The notes under the pieces were generated by a model that saw only the letters and a program-made list of their open reading frames with translations, searched no databases and was not told the origin of the DNA. Shown here in pieces: positions 36,500-47,723 of a stretch of 63,812 nucleotides of DNA (the first letter of the stretch is position 1; each line of letters begins with the position of its first letter). The DNA comes from Malacoraja senta. Lineage: Eukaryota. Where the stretch lies: the NCBI GenBank assembly GCA_038087875.1, contig CM075981.1:66588189-66652000 (forward strand). The letters run 5' to 3'. Position numbers and translations under genes: made by a program.

Positions 36500-38500
36500 A
36501 TAAGAGGGAGAGGGTTGGTTTTGTGTGGAGTGGATAGGTGGGGATGTGTGCTGGTGGGTGCAAGGTGTGTGAGAGGGGTTAGGGCGAGTGCGTGGGGTGA
36601 AGGATGTTTGTGGGAGGGGCTTTGGGGTGGGAGGGAGTGGGAGGGATGGGGTGGGTATGATGGGAGATGGGGGTTGGGTGTGAATGCATGTTGGTGGGGG
36701 AGGGTGTGCGGAGTGTGTATTTATGTGTGGGGGAGCTGGGACGGGTGTGTATGTATGGAGAGGGCTTGAATGGGGGGGGGTGGACGAAGGAGGGGATGTG
36801 GGGTGGATGTGTGGGAAGAGTGGATGTAGGTGGGGAAGGGGATATGTGTGAGGGGGAGGGGATGTTGGCGTGGGGGTGGTGAGGAGGGAGGGAATGGGGA
36901 CAGGGGAGGCAGGGTTGGGGAATAGGGTTTGTGTGGGTGGTGGGGGAGGGACTGTGGTGTGGTGGTGTGAGATGGGGGTGGAGGAGGTAGGGATAGAGGG
37001 GATGTGTGGTGAGGTATTGGAATGGAGGGCGTGTGGGAGGTGGGGCAGGGGGTTGTATGATGGTGGGAGGTTGGGACGGAGGAGGGGGGGACAGAGATGG
37101 TGTGTGATGAGGTATGGGGAATGGTGTGTAGGTGGTGGGGAAGAGTGTGGGGATGGGTGATGGAGCAGCGGTGGTGTAAGCAAGGAATGGGTGAGGGTTG
37201 GGATGGAGATAGGAATGCTTGAGGGTTGAGGGAAGGGTTTGTGATGGGAGGGGAGAGTGTGGGGATGGGTGGGGGAGCAAGGGTGGGATATGTTTGGGGT
37301 TGAGATAATGTGTGGGAGAGATGGGATAGGGAGGGATAGAATGGAAAATGGAGGGAAGAATTAGGAAGAGCTGGTTGGGAGAGGACGGGGATCGATGTGG
37401 GAATGGGAGAGGAGTTGGATGCTGGCAGGGAAAGGTGAAGGTGGGTGGAGGGATTTATGTGTGTCCTTCAAGGGTGTGTGAGTGGGGAGGGAGCTGTTTT
37501 AATCGGGGATGGGGTTGCATGTGGGGTGGTGCGTGAACCGGTTGGGAGAGAGCAGTGTGGGTGGAGATCTGTGGGTCAGGGTGGGAGGCGTGTGGGTGGG
37601 GAGTGTGTGAGTGGGCCAGGGGTGGTGGAGAAAGCGGTGTGGGTGGGGAGCATATGGGGGTGGTTTAACTATGGTAAGTAAGGTAGTGTTGTTCAGGGGT
37701 GTGTGGTGGGAGGAAGCTTGTACATGGGGTGGGGAGTGTGTTTGAGGGTGGGGTTTGGGGACTGGTGGGGTGGGGACTTGGGGAAGATGTGGGGAGGGGA
37801 GTGTGATGGGTGGGGATTGAGTTGTGAGTGTTTGTAGGGTGGTGGGTTGGGTTTGCGTGGGTCTGAGTGGTGAGTAAGGTATTGGGTACGGCTGTGGGTT
37901 TGGAGGGTTGGGTGCATGTGTTAGTACGGAGGTTAGTAGGTGGGGTATGGGTGTGTGGGATGGGCGTGTGTGATGGGTGTGTATGGGATAGGTGGGGTAT
38001 GGGTGTGTGGGATGGGTGTGTGTGGGGTATGGGTGGGGTATGGGTGTGTGGGATGGGCGTGTGTGATGGGCATGTGTGGGGTAGGTGGGGTATGGGTGTG
38101 TGGGTAGACAAGAGTGCTGGAGAAACTCAGCGGGTGCAGCAGCATCTATGGTGCGAAGGAAATAGGCAACATTTTGGGCCGAAACCCTTCTGTGGGATGG
38201 GCGTGTGTGATGGGCGTGTGTGGGGTAGGTGGGGTATGGGTGGGGTATGGGTGTGTGGGATCGACTTGTGTGGGGTAGGTGGGGTATGGGATGGGTGTGT
38301 GTGGGGTAGGTGGGGTATGGGTGTGTGGGATCGGCGTGTGTGGGGTGGCGTGTTGGCAGGGGGTTGGGTATTGTGGGAGCGAGTGTAGTGTGAGGGTCTG
38401 ATCTGCGTGTGGGGTTGGAGTGGGCTGCGGGTGGGTGTACGGTTGTGGATGATGTGTACGTGTGCATGGATGAGTGTGAGGTTGTGCTGGGGTTGGGAAG
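36500..38500. repeat. 2-kb G/T-rich low-complexity tract with GGTGGGGTATGGGTGTGTGGGAT minisatellite
   Basis: Plus strand almost lacks C; repeated units at ~37935-38350, interrupted by a Penelope piece at ~38104-38190. Confidence 0.9.
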
Positions 38501-39300
38501 TGGGTAAAAGTTAAACCATCTCTGTTAAAGGATTTCAAATATTATCACTGATAATTCTTTATTTGTACGCATTAACACACATTAACAGTTAAAGTTAAAA
38601 CCCGATCATGCAGGAAGGATCGTTGCCACTGGAAAAAGAACGTGAACGCATTTCTCTGAAAGCCATTTTTATGAAAGATAGCTCATTCATCTTCTTTTGG
38701 AACCAACAACGTGATTTCTGCACTGAATTCCGATTGACAGTTGCTTCAGATTCATTGATAAATCTAATTGACAAAAATATATATTCCTCCTTCTCTTGTT
38801 TATTTCCTCTTTTATCTCCTAATCCTGTCACGCCTCTCCCTCTCCTTCCTCCCCCATTCTTGTTTCTTCTTTCCTTCACACTCCACAATTTACCCGTTCC
38901 TCTCATTCCTCCCTCTGCTCAGGGATGGCAGAGAGCTGCAGGAGGGGGTGATGCTGCCTCAGGTCCTGGGTTCAAACCTCACCTTGGGTTCCCTCCATAT
39001 GGAGTTTGCACATTCCCCCTGTAATCAAATGATTTTCCCCAGCTGCTCGGCTTTCCTCCCACATCCTGGCAGATTAATTGGCTGCAATAAACTACTGTAG
39101 GCATATGGCAGTGGTATCAGAAGGGATTGGTGAGTGTGAGGGAGTGGATCACACCGTGGGGGAGAGAATAATGGGAATGCTCTGAGAGATGCATGAATTC
39201 AATGGGTTGAATATCCTCTTCCAATGTGGCAAGGATTTTTTTCCCCTTCTTTTTGTCTACTCTCTCTCTCTCTCTCTCTCTTAGAATGTCAGTTATAATT

Positions 39301-39615
39301 AGGTGGCACAGTGGTGCAGCGGTGGAGTTGCTGCCATACAGCGCTTGCAGCACCGGAGACCCGTGTTCGATCCCGACTACGGGTGCTGTCTGTATGGAGT
39401 TTGTACGTTCTCCCCGTGACCATGTTTTCTCCGAGATCTTCACTTTCCTCCCACACCCAAAGACGTGCAGGTTTGTAGGTTAATTGGCTTGGAATAATTG
39501 TAGATTGTCCATAGTGTGTGTAGGATAGTGTTAATATGCAGGGATTGCTGGTCTGCACGGACTTGGTGGGCCGAAGGGCCTGTTTCCACGCTGTATCTCT
39601 AAATTAAACTAAACT
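39301..39615 (+). mobile_element. HE1-type SINE
   Basis: GGTGGCACAGTGGTGCAGCGG head, GTTCGATCC B box, CR1-type tail. Confidence 0.92.
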
Positions 39616-41264
39616 CCACAGTGGGAAGTGGGTGAGTTCTAAAGGAGGAGAAAATGTTCTTTATGAAACTTTGCTTGAATTGACAGAATCTGGTCCTGAA
39701 ATGCTTAATTTTTTGTGCAGGGGTGTCAGTCTTCGTTATCACAAGCTCACACAGAAAAAACAGTTCATCACACCAGTAGTTAATCTCAAGGATTTAAGCT
39801 CCAATGGACCTTCCAGCCAAGAGCAGGAGGAATCTTGTTATATTAATGGGAGATTTGTAATAACCATTACATCAATGTTTGACTGCACATGATACAGCGT
39901 GAAGCACAAAGTGCTGATTCAGTAACCATCCATCAACACTTCAGGGTGGAGAGTATCCACCAACACCAATATCCCTGGGATTAGAACTACTTCCGAATGA
40001 GTACAGAACCTCAGTTCACTCCTGTATTTTGCAAATACTGCATTATAAAGTATCACTGAACCTCTGCCAGGTTTCTGCCTGTCCTCCGAACACTACTTAC
40101 TCCCTCGCAGTTCCTACTGCAAGATATTGCCCTATACTAATTAAGTTGGCACATTTCCAAAGATGGAAAATTATTCCTCGAACAGGCCAGCCTATTAACC
40201 ACGCTCGGCAAAGGTCTTGACAGATATTGAATGTTAATCCGATCCTGCCTTGGTGCCTTTCCCTAACACATTGCTTCAGTTTCCATCCCCTTGCTCATTT
40301 TCCATCACTTGTATGGACAGCAATCTGTAGACTTTTTTTTTATGGTAACAGCAGCCTGATTTGCTTATTATTTTTAAATGAAGTATGGGAGCAACAATGT
40401 ACAAACATTAAAATCTGCTTTTTTCAAATCTCACCAAAACGCAGTAATTACTTGTCACTTACAAATTTCTGCAATTAATTGCATTGCTGCATGCAAGTCT
40501 CTGTTGGAATGTGAGATTTGTTGCGAGAACAGGATGAAATCTCAGTGGAGCAGGGCAATACAAAGTAGTAACTATACTCTCTCTGCCAGCTTTTATATTA
40601 ACACATTATAAAGTGGCCGATCGCACTGCTGCTACAGGGCTTCACTTTTAAAGCTCAGGTCGTTTTGCTCACCCCCTCTGCCCCTCGCATGCACCTTTCA
40701 CGCATGCCTCAGCAGCAAAAGTCAAAATCTATCCTAGCCATCCATCATGGCTTTTGCATGAATTAGGCAACTGTGTTTTGCACCATTCACTGCCCAGTGC
40801 TGTAATGCTGGGAGTAACAGAGAGCCCAACTAATTTAACAGCTGATACCTGAAGAAATAAGTTACAGCAATTTAGAGTCTGAGAAGTCTGAAGTTGGTGG
40901 TGCCAGAGACACACATGGTGCATTTGGCCCTTTAACTCAGCCTCTGTGCTAATCTCCACAGATGCTGCCCAACCTGAATTATCATCCATTTTCTGATTCA
41001 ACTTTGAACTCCAGCTACCGCAGTGTCTATTTTGCTACCACAGTTCACTCTGTGCTTCAAGAAAACAAACCATAGGAAATGTGACTACTCCAGGTATAGC
41101 AGTTTAAGGATTTCCTGGCCACAATACAGCTCTGTGCTGAGGTAATTGCACTGTTCAATTTACAAAATATCAGAAGATGATTTCAAATTCAGTTGGCAGG
41201 ACTTAATTCTGCAGCCAACTATTGTAATAGTCCTTCCCCTTCTGCCAAACAAGTGGTCCTGCTG

Positions 41265-41402
41265 TCATTGTATTCTTCTTTCTGGGAACTTACTGTGTAC
41301 AAATTGGCTGCCTACATTAAAGCAATGACTCCATTTCATTGGTTTTAAAGTACTTTGGGTCATTCTGAGGTCGGGGAAGATGCTACAGAATTCAAGTTCT
41401 TT
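41265..41402 (+). mobile_element. Deu-domain SINE 3' remnant (SacSINE1/AmnSINE1-like)
   Basis: CTGTGTACAAATTGGCTGCC..TTCATTGG..AAAGTACTTTGGG..CTGAGGTCG resembles the recalled Deu-SINE consensus; a related minus-strand remnant lies at ~17870-18090. Confidence 0.55.
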
Positions 41403-41775
41403 TATTTCTAAAATGGATTTAGTAATTTTCAGTTTTTCTAGTGTTTAGAATGTGTTGCTGTAGATCAGCGAACACTTTGTTCTGCAAACAGTGAGGCAGA
41501 TGGTCTGTGACTACATTGCCAATGAGGATTCCTTTGCAGTACACCCACACAGTTTGAGAGGCTGCTTTCTCCTCTGTTTCACTTGTCAGAGGAAAGGAAA
41601 AATCAGGCGGGCGTTAAAACGGGCTGCTGACTCGCCACAGCCCATTGCCGAAGCCCCGTATCGGCCCTTTTTGGTTAGTGCAAACTCAGAATTATGGTAG
41701 GGTGAGGATAAAGGCAGGAGGAAAAGGCAGCATTTTCTAAATAGAAACATCATTGGAAAACTGACCTGGCATCTG

Positions 41776-42184
41776 NNNNNNNNNNNNNNNNNNNNNNNNN
41801 NNNNNNNNNNNNNNNNNNNNNNNNNNNNNNNNNNNNNNNNNNNNNNNNNNNNNNNNNNNNNNNNNNNNNNNNNNNNNNNNNNNNNNNNNNNNNNNNNNNN
41901 NNNNNNNNNNNNNNNNNNNNNNNNNNNNNNNNNNNNNNNNNNNNNNNNNNNNNNNNNNNNNNNNNNNNNNNNNNNNNNNNNNNNNNNNNNNNNNNNNNNN
42001 NNNNNNNNNNNNNNNNNNNNNNNNNNNNNNNNNNNNNNNNNNNNNNNNNNNNNNNNNNNNNNNNNNNNNNNNNNNNNNNNNNNNNNNNNNNNNNNNNNNN
42101 NNNNNNNNNNNNNNNNNNNNNNNNNNNNNNNNNNNNNNNNNNNNNNNNNNNNNNNNNNNNNNNNNNNNNNNNNNNNNNNNNNNN
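41776..42184. other. Assembly gap
   Basis: Run of N. Confidence 0.99.
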
Positions 42185-42591
42185 AGTGTCTGGTGTATGT
42201 ATGGGATGGGAAACAGATGGGGGGAGGGGGATTATCTTCTGCCTTTTATTTGTTACACGTGGTGTGGCAGCTGTTAGTCTGAACTACATACTCATGCATC
42301 ATGAACAATGGCTGTTCAGCCCATTGCTGCCTTGCCTTTGATGATAATCTATTAATTAGCAAGATTCCTGCCATGCCTTATCGAAGCCCTTTGTCTCAAA
42401 ATGGCTGCACATGGCAGATTTAATGGGAGTTTGCAGGCCTTTGAATTATCTTGGTTCAATTATAAATACAGAACTTTATTTTGATTTATCTCACCTTTAA
42501 AAATAAACCCAGCTCCATGAGTCTGCAAAATGTCTCAATTATTTATATCACGGAACTGACTAATAATGACTGATAAAGTTGGTACAGACAT

Positions 42592-43176
42592 GGCATGTAA
42601 CCGAGTGCTGTTACATGTAACTGGGTGCTGCCACATGTAATCAGGTTCCATCATGTGTGACCAGGTGCATTCATATGTAATTGGGTACCACAACATGTAA
42701 TCAGGTGCTTTCACATGTAATGAGGCACCTCGCGTGTAATCAGGCATTGTTACGTGACTTGGCTCTGCCACATGTAATTGGGTGTTGTCACATGTAATCA
42801 AATCCTGTTATGCGTAATCATGCTCTGCTATATGTAAGCATGTGCTGTCACATGTAATCAGTCACTGGTTCATGTAATCATATGCCATCATATGTAAGTC
42901 AGATGCCATTGCATGTAATCAGGCACTGCCATGTGTAATAAGGCACTTTAACATGTAATCAGGCACTGTCATATGTAATCAATTGTGCCACATGTACTGT
43001 AATTGTGCCATCACATTTAATCAATTCCATCACATGTAATTGGGTGCCACCACATGTAATCAAACATCCTCACATATAATCAGACAATGTTAAATGATCT
43101 GGCGCAGTCACATGTAATCAACCACTTTTACATGTCATGTAACAGTGTCACATGTAATCAGGCATTGCCACATGTC
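42592..43176. repeat. 20-bp minisatellite, ~29 diverged units (consensus about CACATGTAATCAGGCACTGT)
   Basis: CATGTAAT recurs at a 20-bp period. Confidence 0.92.
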
Positions 43177-43229
43177 CGGCACTAGCATACCTTGTCCCGC
43201 AGTAGTCCACTCAGTCCTGCACTTGTATA

Positions 43230-44552
43230 CTCAGACCTACAGTGGGGACTGCATTGGGGACTACCTCCTGCACCCATGCAGAACTCATGGAATTCATTAA
43301 CTTCACTACCAATTTGCATCCTGCTCTCAAATTCACTTGGACTATCTCCGACACATTCTTGATCTCACCGTCTCCATTACAGGAAATAGACTATCGACGG
43401 ACATCTATTATACACTTACTGACTCCCACAGCTCTCTAGACTACACTTCTTCCCACCCTACCTCCTGCAAAGACTCTATCCCCTACTTGCAATTTTCTGG
43501 CTCTGCCACATCTGCGCCCAAGATGAGGTGTTCCATACCAGAAAATCCGAGATGCCCTCATACTCTAGGGGATGGGGGGTTCCCCACTTTTATCATAGAT
43601 GAGACCCTCACACGTATCACTCAGTACCCCATAGATCCGCTCTTGTTCCCCCTCCTCCCAATCGCAACAGGGACAGAGTCCCCCTAGTCCGCACCTTTTA
43701 TCCCATCAGCCATCGCATACAGCACATAATACTTTGACAATTTTGCCCCCTCCAACGGGATCCCACCACGAACTGCTACTTCCCATCTCCACCCTTTCCA
43801 TTTTCCACAGAAACTGCACAACTCCCTGGTTCACTCATCCCTTCCCACCCAAACTACCCCCTCCCCAGGTACTTTTGCCTGCAACCGCAGGAGATGCAAC
43901 ACCTGTCTCTATACCTCCTCCCTCGACAGTCCTTTGAGGTGATGCAGAGGTTCACTTACACCTCCTCCAACCTCTTCTACTGTATTTGTTGTTCTCGGTA
44001 TGGACCCCTATATATCAGCGAGACCAAGCGCAGACTGGGCGATCATTTTGCTGTACATCTACACTCAGTCTGCCTTGACCTACGTGATCTCCCAGTTGCA
44101 AAACATTTTAATTCCCCATCTTATTCCTATATTGATCTTACTCTCCTGGACCTCTTCCACTGTCAGAGTGAGGCCAAGCGCAAATTGGAGGAACAGCAGC
44201 TCATATTTTGCTTGGGCAGCTTACAATCCGGTATGATTATTGATATCTCCAACTTCAAGTAACCCTTGCATTCCCTCTCACACCATCCCTACCCTAGTCG
44301 TCTTGCTAGTTTCACTGTTTGTATCCCTTTGTTATCACTGCGTCCACAGCCAACAATGGACCATTGTGGGCTCCACCTTTCCTGAGTCATCGGTGCCCCC
44401 TCTGAATTGTTCTGTGCCTCTTCATACCTCTAGTTTCCCTCTCCTTTGACTCTCAGTCTGAAGAAGGGTCGCGACCTGAAACCTCACCTTTTCCTTTTCT
44501 CCAGAGAGGCTGCCTGACCCGCTGCGTTACTTCAGCATTTAATGTCTACCTG
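43230..44552 (+). mobile_element. Penelope-like element, 5'-truncated: RT C-terminus + GIY-YIG endonuclease + terminal repeat
   Basis: FINFTTNLHPALKFTW, LDLTVSITGNRLSTDIY..DSHSSLDYTSSHP..CKDSIPY (RT thumb); YCICCSRYGPLYISETKRRLGDHF..VAKHFN..RKLEEQQLIFCLGSLQ (GIY-YIG); frameshifted. Confidence 0.93.
44458..44485 (+). ncRNA. Minimal type I hammerhead ribozyme-like motif (decayed) in the Penelope terminal repeat
   Basis: CTGAAGA-A-GGGTCGCGACCT-GAAA-CCTC: CUGANGA / stem II / GAAA / UH order. Confidence 0.65.
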
Positions 44553-45499
44553 CGTTGGTACATGTTACCAGGGACTAGTTTATGTTATCTGACACTCATA
44601 CATGACATCCTATGCTGGGCATACCTGATGTAGCACTGGAAGAAGAAATCCTACGCTGGTTTATGCAGTCAGCCACAGATTTCGAGAAGCAGAGTAATAT
44701 TAATATATAATATCATCAGTAATAAAAGTTGATAAAGTGATTCTATCTGCACCGTTCGGAAACCATATATTTTAAACAAAAGCCTATTTTTCTCTTTGGA
44801 AACGAATGAGTTTGCAGCATTCCCTCATTGAGAGTAGACAGCTCGAGCTGCACTTGCTTTCTTAATTGATTAAGTCCACGGTTGGCAGAATACAGTTTTT
44901 ATCAGTAAACATTAATAACTGTCAATTTCAGCTCCCACTCACAGATCGACAAAAAAAAAAATTCCATTGTTAATAATCTATTCTCATTAATAAAACAATC
45001 AGGGGATAAACCTTTCAAAATGGAGCAGGTGGTCTGTGAAGCTAATATTTGTATCTTTCAATTGTTTTGTACTTATAATGCAACTGCTTAATGAACACAA
45101 TGACTCAAAGCAGGAAAGATTCAGATTATTGATTTATGCCTATTTAATTCTTATATTTTGACAGGTGATCACATAATGTTTTTAATGGAACATTGTCATT
45201 GATAAATTGCCTGTTCACACTCTCCTAATTCTATACAATGCTGAAAAATCAAATCAATAAAACAATGAAACAAATGCCTGAAAATAAGCATTGATTTTTA
45301 TTTGTCAAAATTATTACAAAATAAAAATCAAATTCTGCCTGGCCTAATTATATCCTACCTGAAATATAGTGCACCAATGCTGTACGGCAAGTTGCATTTA
45401 ATCAGTGACAAATTGACCTTTTTAGATATATGATATCTCTAAGCTGAGATGTAAGAATGAAGCATTTCAATGAGTTGCCTCATTGATTCATTGGAAGAT

Positions 45500-45792
45500 G
45501 GGAAGATACAGCGTGGAAACAGGCCCTTCGGCCCACCGAGTCCATGCCAACCATTAATCACCTGTTCACACTAGATCCATGTTATCCCACTTTTGCATCA
45601 ACTCTTTACACACCAGGGGCAATTTACAGAGACCAATCAACCTGCAAACCTGCACGTCTTTGCGATGTGGGAGGAAACTGGAACACTTCAAGTAAAACAA
45701 CATGCAAACTCTGACAACATCTGAGGTCAAGATCGAACCTGGATCTCTAACATTGTGAAGTAGCAGTTCTACCAGTTGTGCCACTGTGCCAC
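45500..45792 (-). mobile_element. HE1-type SINE
   Basis: GATACAGCGTGGAAACAGGCCCTTCGGCCCAC tail; GATCGAACC B box reversed. Confidence 0.88.
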
Positions 45793-45889
45793 GCACACAG
45801 TGGCACAGCTGGTATTCACACACCAAGTTTGAAGTGTTTGCAGTGGCACAGATAAGTCCTGGTTTGTTAATTCCGTATATCAAAGAGAT

Positions 45890-46355
45890 GTAGATACAAG
45901 GAACTGCAGTTGCTGGTTTTTAAAAAAAAGCACAAAGTGCTTGAGTAACTCTGTGGGTCCGGCAGCATCTCTGAGAACATGGATAGGTCATGTTTCAGAT
46001 CGGGACCCTTCTTCAGACTGATAGTAGTGTCACTTGCCTGGCTTTGTTCAACCACCACCTCTCTTCCAGCTTCCTCCCCCCACTACAATCAGTCTGAAGA
46101 AGGGTCCTGACCCAAAATGGCACCTATCCATGTTGTCCAGAGATGCTGCCTGGCCCACTTTGTGCCTTTTCTTATAACAGTTTTGTTTTAAGAAAGTAGC
46201 AGACACATTATATAGTTCTGCCATGTGTAAAACCAACCAAACCAAGCAGTAATATTTGGATAGACACAAAATCCTGGAGTAACCCAACGGGTCAGGGCGC
46301 ATCTATGGAGAAAATGGATAGATGATGTTTCAGGTTTCACCCTCCTTCAGACAAT
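45890..46355. mobile_element. Penelope terminal-repeat fragments (inverted pair plus a further copy)
   Basis: CCCTTCTTCAGACTG at ~46007 and CAGTCTGAAGAAGGG at ~46090; a further TAGACACAAAATCCTGGAGTAAC copy from 46260. Confidence 0.8.
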
Positions 46356-47272
46356 AATATCTGGAAATCTTTATTCCAGATAGAGTGAATGTAGAACAGA
46401 TTTGGTAAGAATATTTATCTTGTCACCTGGCATCGGAAGCAGCCCCTGCCATTATTATGCCAATCTCAAATCCTCCATTATCCTGTTGATTCAAATAGGA
46501 TTCAAGCCAGAGAGGCTCCGTGCATGGATGAGCACTTTGCTATTCACTTGGAATGTGCACAAGACTGCAGCCAACCACTTCGACTCTGGTTGTGTGCACC
46601 GTAACACCGCTTTTACAATATCCAACATAGCCAATGACTGGGACTTGTCACAAGGTCCAAAACTCCCCGTGATTTAGTATGGTGCGATTGATAAATACTG
46701 CAGTCAATTTACACAGCAACTGGATTACTGACCGGTTAATCTGCTTTATGACTGGATGTTTCCAGGGAAGCATCTAAGGCAAGACTGCAGGAGTACTACC
46801 CATTCCCCTCTGTCCAATGCTATGGCATCTTTAAATTAGTGGAAGGGGTGCTCTTCCCAACATGGTGTCTCTTGGCAATTGAACACTCCCCCAGAGCTGA
46901 GCTGGGGGAATATTCAAACAGAGAACTCCAACAGCACCTGCCAAGCCTACAAGCCAGTGAGGACAAGGACAACAGTGCATGGTGCATGGGAACATTCAGA
47001 TCCTCTGTAAGTCACACACCATCTGTCTTGGAAATACTGTCTATCATCCAATGGATCTATCTCTTAGTACTCCCAACTCAACAGCATTATGAGAGCACCT
47101 TCAAGAAGTATCACACATCATCTCGAGGATAATTATGGTTAGGCAATAAATTGTGACCTGACCAGCAATCTCCAGATCCCATAGTCAAACTTTATTCTAG
47201 ATTTTTGCTGCTTTGCATAACAATAAGATCAATGCCATAGTATTTCAGTACTCAACACCAAGATAAGCTTTA

Positions 47273-47562
47273 TTTAGTTTAGAGATACAGCATGGAAACA
47301 GGCTCATTGGCCCACTGAGTCCACACCGACCAACAATCGGCTAGTTCTATCCTACACATTAGGGACGATTTACAGAAGCCAATTAACCTACAAACCTGCA
47401 CGACCTGTGGAAAATGGGAGGAAACTGGAGCACCCAGAGAAAACCTACGCGGTCACAGGGAGATTGTACAAATTCCATCCAGACAGCATCCGTCGTCAGG
47501 ATCGAACACGAGTTTCTGGCACCATAGGGCAGCAACTCTACCGTTGCACCACCATGCTGCCC
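47273..47562 (-). mobile_element. HE1-type SINE
   Basis: Full head (GGGCAGCATGGTGGTGCAACGGTAGAG), GTTCGATCC B box, tail TGTATCTCTAAACTAAA. Confidence 0.92.
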
Positions 47563-47566
47563 TATT

Positions 47567-47723
47567 GCACGAACGCAGTCCCCCACTACCACAAAATTTG
47601 CAGTCACGTATCCCGCATTTGAGGACATCACCGGTGTCAGCACACCCGCGGGGTGCAATGGGATAACCTCGTCCCGGGAGAATCGCCTTCTTGATCACGG
47701 TCTCCCCACTGCCAGGTAAGTAT
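47567..47723 (-). pseudogene. RNU1: U1 snRNA copy lacking its last ~9 nt (probable retrocopy)
   Basis: Minus strand ATACTTACCTGGCAG.., loop I GATCAAGAAG, loop II ATTGCAC, Sm site AATTTTGTG, GTAGTGGGGGACTGCGTTCGTGC. Confidence 0.95.

Noticed and set aside
36470-38538. Long Pro/His/Thr-rich and Gly/Trp/Val-rich ORFs (up to 322 aa)
   Set aside because: Artefacts of the G/T low-complexity tract, which lacks stop codons in several frames on both strands.
42592-43176. CRISPR-like periodic array
   Set aside because: 20-bp period with mutually related units, no unique 30-40-bp spacers, no cas genes, eukaryotic context.
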